A stretch of 64,000 nucleotides of DNA, taken from the NCBI GenBank assembly GCA_036172245.1, contig JAYWIR010000014.1:3038001-3102000 (forward strand), given 5' to 3'. Source of the DNA: Raillietiella orientalis. Taxonomy: Eukaryota. Positions 38,101 through 49,599 of this stretch are shown here, piece after piece. The stretch's first letter is position 1; the number at the start of each line of letters is the position of its first letter. The translations under genes and the position numbers were made by a program. Below the pieces are notes generated by a model. The model was not told where the DNA came from, ran no database searches, and worked only from the letters and a program-made list of their open reading frames with translations.

Positions 38101-40489
38101 TTTCCTTCCTTCCCACCCATGCCCCACCTGCGTCAGTCTTCTTCCCTCACTGGCAGGCGTGGTCCTTGAATGCATCTTTACGTCTGCCATGTTTATTTAC
38201 GTATTTAAATAAACGTCTCTGGGTGACTGGGTCACCGAATGTCTCTGCCTTCATTTCCGACATCTCCATTTCTCGACCAAATGTTTCATAAGAGGCAATC
38301 TTTTTCGTGGCTGGAGGGGAATGTTGTTTTGTGGATGATAGGTGGGTCTCGCGATGCGCGGGAGCCGCTTTTCCGCTGATGCGTTTCAGGTCAAGGACGG
38401 AAGAAAATACCGGATTGGTGGCGGTGTTGGGCGTGTCCTCAACGCTTGCTCCGTAAAGCGAGCCACCATCGCCACGAGGGAAGTGGTCGTTTTCCCTTTG
38501 TCTCTCCTCTTGCGCTCTTCCTGTTCTCCGGAAACGAAGGACTTTGAAACGAGATAGAATCCCGGATTCTTCCTCAATGCCTCCTTCGACTACACTGCTG
38601 CACCTCTCAGCTCTGGAAGGCAGGCGTGCTTTTGTGTGTGTGTGTGGGGGGGGGAGATGCAGGGAGGGAGGGAGACCACCCTTCCTCCCAATCTTCCGAC
38701 GGGGATGAAATCCAGGTGGGCGTGCGCGTGAGTTTTCCCATTGGCACGCAAAGCGCCCGGCCGAGTGCGGCTCGCAGGAACACATACACGCCAAGTGTGG
38801 TTGTAGCAGCAGCAGCAGCCGTGGGCGAGACTGTGCCGTAGGCTGGAAATCACATCACGTCTTGATTTTCGTGCACAGGGGGAGCAGACTCTTCTCGGCG
38901 CAGCCACCGTAAACACCCGAGGAAGAAGGCAGGCAACCGGCGGCAGAAAGGAACGCTCTCCGCGTCTCGCTCTCTTCGAACGCGGACGGTCGTTCTCTTT
39001 CTGCTGCACAAATTGGAAGCTGTGTGTGCATCTGCACACGCGTGTTTGCTCTCTCGGTCTGTTAACATAAATTATCGCCAGAAGAACTGCGAAGATCCCC
39101 CCTGCGAGTTTGTTTTCCTCGTGGAGAGAGCTCGTTGGTGAAAACATGCTGCTTCTTTCTTGCTGGAGCAGTTGAAATAAAACCATCATAACAAAGACCA
39201 GAGGAAAAAGAGAGAGAGAGAGAGGGTGGAGGAAGAGGGGGAGGAGGAGAAGAAGAAAAGAAAGAAAAACAGTGCGTCATTTCGACGGTGCATCTGCTGC
39301 TCTGCATCTCATAGATTTGCTCGAGCTCGGGGACCACTCTGAAAGCGTTCCCGTTCAGAATAAATAAACGAAATCCACTTGGAAATGTTGTTCTTCGAAC
39401 GCTGAAGAGTGGTAGCACGTGCGGAAGTTTTCGTGCATCCGCTCTCCGAGGTTCCTGAGAGTAAGCAGGCGAGCTCTTTCTCTGTTCCTTCAGGCAGGCC
39501 TCTCGGGAGGAGCTCTTTCCTCCTTCCGCGCCTCTACGAGGAGGCAGCCGACCCGGGGATGAGCACCGACCAGATTCTTTCCGTTCCCTAAGCATCGGCG
39601 TCTTGGGTTTCGGCGCGTTAGTCGCTCTCGAAGAGCGCTACTCCCTCGAAGGCCAATCCTAGGGGGGTGGAAGACTTCCGCCGAGACAGAATCGGCATCG
39701 CTGAAGCAGATGAGCATCTTCGGCGGCGCCTCGACAGACCGGGATGCATAATTCACTCGGAGGAGCGGGAGGCTTCTCGTCGTCCCAGTAAAGACGATGC
39801 GAGGGCTCGTGAGACCGCTGACTCGAAATTCTCACTCGCGAGCCTGATGCAGCAGCGGGAGAGCAGTCCTGCGTGCGGATGCGCGAGACGAGGGAAAGAA
39901 GAAACCCAAGGGAACGGAGCTCTCTCGCGGGAACATTTCTGGAGAGACGCTCGAACGTGGGAGGTTGCGCGGCATGCGTGGCTGAGCAGCCGAGGAAGAT
40001 GCGTGACCGGCAGCCTGCTACGGACTGGCGCCCAAGAGTTGGGTGCGCTGGCGGGAGCGGCTTTTATACCCTGTGCTCCCGTTCGCTGTGCAGAAAGCCT
40101 CTGGAACCGCGTCCTCTTTCGGGGCGTGTCCCGCTCGGCGCTCACGGGAACAACCGTCTCTTGAGTCTTTGATCAGCTTCCTTTCCCGAACCTCCCGGTC
40201 TCGTGCTGCAGAATACCGGTGCTTCTGGATCACACAATCTTCCAGCGTCCTTACACGAGTTGCCCCCCTCCTCCCTCTCCCGTGTTCCGAGAGCATGCTG
40301 AATCTGTCCGAGGAAAGGCTGCGACCAAGATGAAAGCGACGGAAGAGCTCTCTTCCTCTCGTCCCCTCACCCCCTCCTCTCCTCCTCATTCTCATTAGCA
40401 ATTCGTAGGTTCCATCCATCATAAATGGAGCACGATGGTCTCGACCTTGCGATCATGGATCTCACGTGATTTATCTGGGCCACCTCACT

Positions 40490-40950
40490 CACTGCAAGTA
40501 CACAAACAAAACTCTCTTTCGTATACAGCGGATCTCTGGGAAGGGCGCAGTGGGATGCGAGCTCAGCCACGGGTCCTGTCGGGTTCTCGGGGCGAAATCG
40601 AACCAGATTCTCGAGACACGTGTTCGCCCGCTTCATGCGGAACGTATTTCGAAAGGGGTAATGGCCACGTTGGGCGATGAATCATGCGGGGGAAAATCTG
40701 GACCGCGACGTGTTCTCCTAAGATTCCCGAATCCGGCCTTGAATCGCTCGATATCCCAAGCACTCACGTTAAATGCTGTCTTCGCTGAAAGGGAAAGGAG
40801 ACGGACGGACGTCACGGGTTGCGCGCCTCTCCGCGCGCGGGCGGCGACGCTGTTGCCGGATCGCCTCGTCGGTTCTTGCACGGTCGTGCCTGCACGTCGA
40901 GAAGGAGCGGGCGGCAGCGTGGTTAGCGTGGGTCGGGGAAAACGCATCTA
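40490..40950 (+). mobile_element. Tx1/L1-like RT C-terminal remnant
   Basis: SLSYTADL (YADD-like), CRVLGAKSNQ (SGAKxN-like), ALTLNAVF in order. Confidence 0.4.
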
Positions 40951-41149
40951 CACTCCCGCGAGCCACCAGATCGGGACTGCGGGCGATGCGCTCTGCATCG
41001 CACTTCTCAGCCCCCTTCACAGGGGGCCGTTCCGAGCCGGAGGACCGAGGTCTACCTCTGCCGCTACCGAACGGACGCGCTCACTTTGGGTGCCGGTCTT
41101 GCACGGGAGCTTCCGTGGAGCGCCTCCTTCAGGCACGCGCACCGCGTTC

Positions 41150-41500
41150 CTTCCTCGTGCTCTTCAGCACTGCGCTTCCTCAGGTTCCATTTAGGAGTCG
41201 GCGACCAGTGGGGTCAGTGTATGCCCCTCTGTCGATATCCCGACGATCTCGAACCTCGCCTTCGCCGACACCCGCGGCGCCGGCTGCTCTCCCCTCGATT
41301 GCAGCGGACGAGGTCTCCTGGAGGAGGAGTCGCGTCGTCCCCGGAGGGAGAGAGCGACCTGCGGGGCGAGCGTCGGCGTTGGTCGAACACGTTCTCGAGC
41401 AGGTGTGGGTTCTGCGGCGAGGGAGGGCCCGGGACCCGGAGTTCCGGGTCGGCTGCGGAGGCACGTGGGCGAGGCCAGATGGAGCGACGGCGCGCGGGAG
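41150..41500 (-). mobile_element. LINE C-terminal fragment, inverted relative to 41740-42200
   Basis: Shares an ~85-bp near-identical inverted segment (41263-41347 vs 41959-42042) with the plus-strand copy. Confidence 0.55.
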
Positions 41501-41739
41501 AGAGACAGGGAGGACGGAGGTGGGAGCGAGACGGAAGGTTGCCCTACTCTGTGTAGGCAACTCTCCTCTTCACGTCACCGAAAACCGCTCGTGTTCTTTG
41601 CATCTCGCCGGCTCGCGCTGAGCGCACCACGGTGACTTCAGGTTGCACTTACGCAGAGGGAGAAGACACGAGATCGAAAAGGGTGAGGAAAAAGGACTTC
41701 AGCGCTGGGGCGAGACGATGGGAATTCCCCATGAAGGTC

Positions 41740-42200
41740 TCGTGTGACCCTGGTGCTCTGGAACAGGCACACTCTCCTTCTCAAGTGGCGGAAGTCGATG
41801 CTTCTGCTGTTGCACAGGGGTCTCCCACGCAGCGTCCGACAACATCACTGGACCCGGGAGGGGGGGAAGTGTGTGAACTGTGGCATGTGCGGAGAACATG
41901 AATCCCTCTGGCACCTGTGGACTGTGTTGTCCTCTGGCCCTGTCTGGTCCTCTGTCCACCTCCGGGGACGACGCGACTCCTCCTCCAGGAGACCTCGTCC
42001 GCTGCGGTCGCGGGGAGGGCAGCGGCGCCGCGGGCGTCGGCGCCTCCACCGCAGACCCCTGCAACCGAGTGCTCCCTGAGGGACGAGAGGGACGCCTCCT
42101 CCTCACCCCGGCGACCACCCTGCCTGACCGCGGCGAATCCGCCGAAAAGGTCGTCTCCCTCGACCGGCTTCCCGAGCACATGGGGCCGGCCGCGGAACTT
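41740..42200 (+). mobile_element. LINE C-terminal Cys/His domain fragment
   Basis: LKWRKSMLLLLHRGLP...HHWTR...VNCGMCGEHESLWHL aligns with LKWQKMALLVLHWGIP...HHWTRGSVDASCRRCGDKEALLHL. Confidence 0.85.
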
Positions 42201-42339
42201 TCCCAGCTCCTTGCAGGAACGCGGGAGCGAGGGAAATTTGGGGGCGGCGAAAAGAGTTTCTGGGTAGGCAGAGGTGAGCTGTTCCCACGCCCCTGCCTGG
42301 CTGCTAGCAAACAGACACGTCCCCGGGAAAGGGTTGAGT

Positions 42340-42900
42340 GAAGCACGGCGACCCGCGCGCGTCTGGCACGGAACAGGCGGACGGGGAGGTTCGAGAGCAC
42401 TTGAGTGGAGGCACGAATAGTTGCTTTTCTGAGAACGCTCTTATTGGCTCTCATCTCTGCTCTGAGAGAGAGACGATGAAGTGGACACTGCTCTCGTGTG
42501 CACATCACGGAAAAGAGTGATGTCATGGTGTCTTTCGGTTGATTTCTGTTTGACTTCCTTCCTACGTAACGCTTCGGGAGTAAACAAAGAGGGAGAGAGT
42601 CGGTTCCGCTCATGGTCTGAAGAAAAAGATGCTCGCAACATAGCAGCGAGCGCGGATGAAGAAGTTCAAGGATCTCTAATCAGGACAGACAAATGTTGCA
42701 ACGATCCGGACGGCTTGCAAGCAAGGATGAAAAAGTTTCCAGCTTCTTGCGATTTGGAGGAGCTGACCAGAGAAAAAGCAACGGAAAAGAATTTCTTCTT
42801 TGGGAATCTCGGTCAGGAAACAAAGGGTTAAAAGTAACTGGCGTGGGCTCCCCGGAAACGGAAATGAGTAGACGAAGGAAAAAGCAAGGGACGCCGGTGA
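42340..42900 (-). mobile_element. Tx1/L1-like RT remnant
   Basis: HRLSLRAEMRANKSVL (LSLxGR..NSxL-like), with decayed CP..LF-like sequence upstream. Confidence 0.45.
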
Positions 42901-42917
42901 GAATGGCCCGGGGAAAC

Positions 42918-43635
42918 TCTTCAAGCTGGGTGGTAACCCCAGAGAAACCACCCTACGAATCCAGGAAGGCTCCGGAGGAAGGACTACGTTCCTCTTATGC
43001 TTAAGAGGGATTTCCGCAGGGAACCCTGGCCCTGGTTGTTATCGAAGAGAACCCGAAAGGATATCTCTTCCTTACTCTCTCCGGAGGGACCCCCGGAGGA
43101 GTCCACTCCATTGTTTCTTCTCTGAAGGGAACCCGAAAAGGATACTTTCCTGGAATTTCTTCTCTGGAGGAAACCCTCAAGAGAAATGTTGCTTGTTACT
43201 CCTTTGAAGAAAATCTCAAGGGACGCTTTCGAAATTTCTCTGAAGGGCTCTTCCCGAAGGGAGCAGAGCGCCTCTTAACACTCTGGAGAGTCAACCCCTG
43301 CGGTGGGGCTTTCAATCAGCTCCATGGTCCCTCCCAGGGAGGGAGACGGCTCCATTTTCACAACCGAGAGGGAACCTCGAAGGAAACAGGTTCCTTGATG
43401 TTCTGAAAGGACCCCGGAGGGTCAGCTTCCAGTCCCAGCTGGTCAAGGGAGGCATCTGGCTTCCACCAGTGCCGCACTCAAAGCCCGTAGGCCAACCAGA
43501 GTCACTCTGCTGAGGGAGGGGGATTCGAAACCCACGACGCACCCATTTCTCGGCGTCGATCCTCCACGTGGGGATTCGAACCGGCAACCGCTTGGCACCA
43601 CACGCGGAGACCGCAGCCACGCGGCCGCCAACGAG
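42918..43635 (-). mobile_element. tRNA-headed long SINE-like element, copy 2
   Basis: Sense head TGGCGGCCGCGTGG...GGTTCGAATCC (B box at 43572-43582); body and repeat array colinear with copies 1 and 3; 3' homology ends at CTTGAAGA. Confidence 0.78.
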
Positions 43636-44189
43636 GGCAGTGGAAGAGAGGAGGAGAGGAGAGGAGGTACCATCGGGTTCGGCTGCTGTGTACGGGGTGG
43701 GCTCTCGGACCGCGAAGTCGCTCGAAACATCTCGAACCTGGTAAAGACAAGAGGGTCACGAGGAGGCGTGGGGTGCCTCATAGTGCTCCAGAGACCGCAC
43801 CCCGGGAACAGCGGGGGGTCGCTCCGCACTACGTACGAGGTCGGTGTCGTCGGGTCAGGCAGGTCGGGAGGAGGACCCGTCGGATCCCAGATTCACCGAT
43901 TCTTCTCCAGAGAGATGGCCACAGGCAGCAGGATGCTGGTGGGACCACGAACAGAAGCACCCTGGGTGTCCTTCAAAAGCTCGAGAAGGATCCACGGTGC
44001 CGGAAGAGTCCCGCTCCAGGAGGGGGTTGCCGATCAAAGCCCCGTGAGCGACATCAGAGCCAACAGGAGAAATCAGAAGTGAATGAGTGTGGATGGAGGC
44101 GGCGTGGTCCCAGAAGGACGTCTGCCGGATCGCTGCTTTCGATTTTTTCCAGTGTGGGTCCCTCGTCCCAGGGAACGGTCCATCGAGCA

Positions 44190-44654
44190 ATTGTTTCTTG
44201 AACTCGCTACTCCTATCCTGATTGAGGGATGGGGGTAGTGAGTTTGCCTACTCTGAGCTTGGAATCGCCCGCGTACTCTGAGTGGCTGGAAGAGAGCTGA
44301 AGGGGGTGCAAGCCGCCAGCGCCTCGAGTAGCCCAGACCCCCCCCCCTCTGAGACATGCTTGGGAGGAGAAAATCTTTCCCATCGCACCGTTCGTTCCTC
44401 CTCTGAACTGGTAGCTCCGTTCCTGAAACAGGACGCTGATTTTCCCAGGAGAATTTCCTCTCGGAAACCCTCGTGAGTGTCCTTGGAAGAAGAGAAAGCC
44501 AAAAAAAAAAAAAGAGGAGGGGGGGATTTTTCTCTTGCAGGGTAACCCTCTGCTTCTCCCACCGGCGTACCTCGCCTCCCGACTCAAGCAGCACACGAGC
44601 CGGGCTCTCAGGTGGGAACCCACAGGTCCAGAAAGATTTGATTTCATCTTGAAG
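44190..44654 (+). mobile_element. Possible diverged or partial fourth copy of the SINE-like element
   Basis: TTGCCTAC...GAGTGGCTGG matches the body of copies 1 and 2 in sense orientation and the stretch ends in CTTGAAG (44648-44654); no clear tRNA head. Confidence 0.3.
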
Positions 44655-45230
44655 GTTTGGGACGCTAAGCGAGGAACGAATGGTCCTCCAGCAGCAAGCG
44701 CCGTGAAGGTTGCTCCGTACGAAGAGGAGATGAGTTATCTCGAAGGAGCTCATCTGAAGGATTTGCCTGCTTCCAGACTCATAGGGAAGGATCTCCCGAT
44801 TAATGAAAGAAGGGAGACGATGAGAAGACTCAGAGATAGTCAGAACGGTCACTCTTGCCGAGCTCGAAGGAGCTGGGCCTCTGACCTTGGGGGTTTCGTG
44901 CCATTGAGAGAGCAGGATCGAAAGGGGAGGCATATGTGCAGTCCGAGATCGCTGCGGAGCTGGCATATGCGCTCTTCGGACACTGACGGCGGCTACAAAT
45001 GTTTGCAGCGAGGTCTCCAGGAAGAAGTGGACAGGATAGTGAAAGTATGGACAGGAGCATGGATAGTGAAAGTATGGTATGAGTGTGTGGTGCGTGTGGG
45101 GAGTCGGGCATTCGAACGAGCAGGAGCAGCCAGGTGGAACAAGACCTTGGTCGAACTTCATGGGAGCAGCCTGCGAAAGGAGCCTGGAAGCCTGGAAGCA
45201 GGTATAAAAAAAAAAAACTGGTTGGAAGGC
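44655..45230 (+). mobile_element. Ty3/Gypsy pol remnant (RNase H end plus integrase zinc-binding region)
   Basis: KVAPYEEEMSYLEGAHLKDLPASRL (LxxYxFxIxYxxG..ADxLSRL-like), GLQEEVDRIVK..YECV (WPGxxxDVxxxVKxCxxC-like), PWKQV; contains a short tandem duplication (GGATAGTGAAAGTATGG at 45034 and 45061). Confidence 0.6.
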
Positions 45231-45559
45231 GTGTTGTCAAGGAGCATTGAGAAGGAAAAACAGCCTGCCGAAGGAAGAGGGATGAATCTGTACTGCAGAC
45301 GCGAGATGCTGGCAGAGAAGCACTTTACCTTGTGCGTTCAAGGCCGAGGGCTCTTCGCCTTGCACTTGACCTTTTGGGGGTTTCGAACAAGCGAGTACCT
45401 TCCTAAGCTACGTGGATCCTTCTTGAATTCCCTGCTCCTATTAGCACGACCCTTCGAAGCCTTCGGCTTTTCTGTACGACACGCCTGCGGCAACCTGACG
45501 CGCTTCATGCAGTGAGTCAGGTCAGGTCGTCTCCTCGTGGTGAGACCAGGCTGCAGTCT

Positions 45560-46050
45560 CAAGGCTCCCAATTCCCATGATCCCTTCCCTGAATCCCGCC
45601 GTCATGAAGGGAGAACCCTACTTTTCTGTCGCTGCCATTCCTGCCGAGGAAAGATTGACTTTTGTGAGTGGTGCAGGCATTCCACGTGGTGAGGATTGCA
45701 ACACAGGAAAGACCAGCGGTTTTGGGTAGTCGATCCGGAGGTCGGAGCCGCGCGAGCTTCCCGACCCTCGAAAGAAGAGGAAGGGAAGGTCCATCAAAGA
45801 GCCTAAGGCACCGAGCCGCCGAGGATCTGCAGCCCAGGGGACACGGAAAGAAGGGAACTCGTTGGCAACGGCTCGGGCTTCCCGCTTCGTTTCGTGGATG
45901 CTCGGCTCGCGGCAGGGATTCTCCGAATTGTAGGGGAAGAAGAGTTTGGAAGTCCATCGTTCCCTACGAGGCTGGGAGCAGAGAAATCCTTTACGCGAGG
46001 AATGCGAATGTGGCTGTAGTTGCTGCCCTTAGGATTTCGGGCACCTAGCA
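45560..46050 (-). mobile_element. Tx1/L1-like ORF1 zinc-knuckle remnant
   Basis: RCQRVPFFPCPLGCRSSAARC and RVGKLARLRP knuckle-like fragments; nucleotide similarity to 29070-29150. Confidence 0.4.
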
Positions 46051-46259
46051 GCTAAGCCAGAGCACTGCGGTCCACCCGAGGTGGGGAACGTTTCTGTGGC
46101 TCGAGGGGGTGCATGTGTGGTGCATGTGGGGAAATCTTCAAAGCACCCGCACCCTGAGGACGCAGCATTGCGGGGTCACTTCCCCGCGAGCTTCCGGGAC
46201 GGGGAAGGTTGCGGGGACGTGGATGGGTGCGCAAAGAAAAGAGGGTCACGAACCATGCC

Positions 46260-47058
46260 GGCGTCGGAGGCTTTGTGGTTAAGGCTTCCGCGCGTGGCAC
46301 CATGCGTCGCGGGTTCGAATACTGCGGCAGATACTGACGCCACTGCGTCGTTGGTTCCGAGTTTATCCTGCAAGATGGCGCTGGTTGGCCTAATCATTCC
46401 GGCGTGGCACCGGTAGCGATTAAAACCGGAGGCCCCCGATGAAAACCGGAACAATGGGAAATTGACCTTCGGGTCTTCTCAGGAATAAAGGAGTGGAGAG
46501 TTCCCCCTCCTGTCATGCAATGGAGAGCGGACCCCCACACCGGGGGACCCCTCCGGGTTCAAGATGGAGCAGGAGCCCTCACGGGCACCTCTCCAGTTGT
46601 TCGAAGGAGTGGGTCCCCCCTGTTGCGGGGGTCCCTCCGAGTCGTCGCCTCTTCACAGAGTGCAAGGAAGCAAGCGAGAGCGATTCCATGCGGGAAGCTT
46701 GCAGTGTCTCTTCTGAGTTTCGGAAGCGTCCCTTCGGGGTTCTCTTCAGAGGAGTGAACAGGAGCGGTTCCCTTGCGGGTTTCCTCCGGAGAAGAAATTC
46801 CTACAAGCGGATCCTTTCCAGGTTCCCTTCGGAGAAGTTGAAATGGAGACGACAGCCCCTCCCTATTGGGGGAGTGACCCTCCGGAGAGAATGAGGAAGG
46901 AGATTCCCTTCGAGGTTCTCCTTCGGAGACAACCAGGGTGGGAGGTGCGATCCCCACCATCCGGGGGATCCTTCCCCAAGCGTGAGAGGAACGGACTCCG
47001 AGCCCTTCCTGGATTCATAGGGCGGACCCCCATCCCGGGGTGCCCCCTATCCTGAAGA
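46260..47058 (+). mobile_element. tRNA-headed long SINE-like element, copy 3
   Basis: A-box-like GGCTTTGTGG (46269-46278), B box GGTTCGAATAC (46312-46322); repeat array 46730-46975; homology ends at CCTGAAGA (47058). Confidence 0.8.
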
Positions 47059-47346
47059 ATTACACGTCCCCCTGCGGGTTTGTCGCAGGGGAGAGGTGTG
47101 GAAACAAAACAGTGTGTTTAAAAGAGTCACCTGCGCCGCGAGGCACGCGACCGGCTCTGAGGTACTTAGTGAACCATGCCGGCACTTGGGCAAAGGAGGG
47201 CGCTTGCTTCTCTGGTCCTGCTAGCTGCCTCCTCACTGGTCATAAATGGGCGTTGGTAGTGAACCCTCTCTACCCGGAGGAGCGTTGCCGTCACCATATT
47301 TGGCGACCGAGGTCGCGGCTGAAACGAAGTTCAAAGTGAAATTTGT

Positions 47347-49560
47347 TACCCGGTCATGCTGGGACGTTTATCATAAAAAAATAAACCAGTTGGGAACACG
47401 CTGGTTTCCAACCGATGACAGCCAAAAAAAAACAAAGGGGAGGGTCCACCGGCACGCAGGCCGAGATAATGGACAGTTCGGAACGGGGGAGGGACAAAGG
47501 GACAACAAAAATAAATTAAATTGGGTGGAATGGGACAGGGATCTTTTGATTCACTCCGCGTGCACCGGGATGAAAACAAAAGAGCACCGGGAAAACTGCG
47601 GAGTGAAAAGGGATAGGGAACGAAAATAAATAAATAAAGGGAGGCAAGGGATCAGGGTCACTGGAATCGGCCGTTCCTAACGATCCACCAACCGGCGCAG
47701 TATGCCGGTGATCTCTGCCTCCATTTCTTCCAGGTGAGGCCACCTTGCAGCCGCCCTGATGTAGGTGGCTGCCTTCGCGGTGACCTCCCTTCGCTGCGCG
47801 GTGGTCTCCAGCACATGTCGGATCGTGACGATGGAGCGGATGCAACCCATGGTTGCCATCACCGCTCCAGTCGAGAGTCTTCCCCGTGAGAAGAACCGTC
47901 ACAGCACATCTCGAGCGGTATTCTCCTGGTGCAGGAGTGCTAATGCCAGCCTCCGTCACAGTTCTTGGAGCGCACCGAGAGCAGGTTCTTGGAGCAGGTG
48001 AGGAGGGTTCGACTCCGTCGACAGGCATCTGGCACAGCTAGGGGGAACGACCCCTGCGGAAAATCGGTGTCTCCGCTCGTTGCACTGGAATCCCCAGTGC
48101 AGGAAGAGCAGCACATCCTGTCTCCAACTAAGCGGGAACACTGATGCGTTCACGCAGTTTGGAGAGATCACAAGTTCTTCGGGAGTAATACTCAATTGTT
48201 TGCACCAGCGAATGAGTCCCTGAGACAGTTGTACGTGGAGTGGCTGCATCCGCCAACTCGCGCGCCTTTCAGCCATCAAGGAGTTTTCTTTTTCCCGCCT
48301 TGCCCGTAGGGCGCTGTCTTCTCTTGCCGTGAGGAAAGATAGCACTGAGGCAGGGAATGTGGCGGCCAGGATCGACCACCTCGCTGCGTCCTGCATCACG
48401 ACTTCCATTGGCTGTGGTAGCAGATGCCGAAGGGGGTAAAACTTCAGGGTTCATTTCATGGGATGCGTCCCAGGACTCAACAGCCTCCTGCCGCCAAGCG
48501 TTGTAGTTTACTGGGCGGCAGAAGATTCACAGTTAGGCTTCTACTAGAGAGGCGTGTTGCCTCAGGGGGGAGCCGAATCCCCGCATCCTGTAATGTGTGC
48601 CCGGCAGCAACGAGAGCAATCCTTCGCTGCCGGCGCATCTCCGCAGGATGACGCGTACAGGCGAACACATCGGGGAGGTCCACAGCTTGGCACAGAGTGC
48701 CAGCATTCAGAACTATACTTGCAATCCGATTCTCTCCAGCGTTAGGATGCCCAAGCCGCCATTCCGTCGCAGAGTGAAGTTCGAAGTGAAGTGGCCTCAG
48801 CCGGTGGTGGATACGGGAGTGCTCCCCAGGAAAGTGCTGAGCGCAAACCTTGAGGATCATGGACCTGTAAACGCACCCTCCCTGCCTCCTTCTCGACGCG
48901 GACACGCTCCGATTTGATCACTTTGGCTTCACGGACTGTCGAAACTGTGAACTGCACTCCTGGAGCGAATGGCGCATTCCTTGGTCAGTGCAGTGCATGC
49001 CGTTCCAGGGCGGAGCATCGAGCTAACTTCAAGGTCATCGTTTTTCTCTCGTAGCTGGTTTTCGGGTGTAGCAAAAGTCTGCAAGGGAGGGCACCAAGTG
49101 GCTGGAGAAAGGGTGCCTGTCAGCAAGCAGTGGGGGAGCTCCGGGTGCTCCGGCGTTCGCAGTTGATGCGCAGGCGTCAGACCGGTTAAATCAGGTACCC
49201 TTGGAACACGGGTATCTCCCATCCAGATTGCTGGAGTGTCTGCTCTCCATCTAAGCTCAACTCTCTCTCAGCCAGCTTTTGCTCCAGCAGAGAGAGGGAT
49301 GAAGTGCCAGAAAGCATGCCTTCCTTTTCCTGTTGCCAGAGTCCACCCGGGCGGTGTAACTCGAGGTGTTCTTCGAGCTATTTCATCGAGGAGCGGGCCA
49401 TGTGCTCAAGACGAGTCCACTGTCGTCTTAAAGGCATTTTGGCAGGGACACTAGCACCGCATTCGTCTAGGTGTTCCCAGAGGAGACACCGTCAACCACC
49501 TTGGCGTGCCCGGGGAGGGAGGGGGAATTCCGCGCTCCAGAATCTTTCTGTCTTCGGAAA
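47347..49560 (-). mobile_element. Tx1/L1-like LINE 3' half (RT end, post-RT, Cys domain, 3' UTR)
   Basis: SLSLL, RNGGLGI, PLSWRQDVLLFLHWGF...SCARC; terminal motif ACCCGGTCATGCTGGGACGTTTATC at 47348-47372. Confidence 0.8.
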
Positions 49561-49599
49561 CCTGCAAAGGTGACCCTGGTGACCTCCAAAGGGGGGGAC

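Noticed and set aside
44535..45515. 326-aa ORF as an intact gene
   Set aside because: It spans a SINE-like end, a Gypsy pol remnant with degenerate motifs and an internal duplication, and unrelated sequence.
46260..46335. Functional tRNA gene (also 43560-43635 and 19220-19285)
   Set aside because: No convincing acceptor or anticodon stems and no oligo-T terminator; each continues into a shared ~700-bp body, so these are SINE-type heads.
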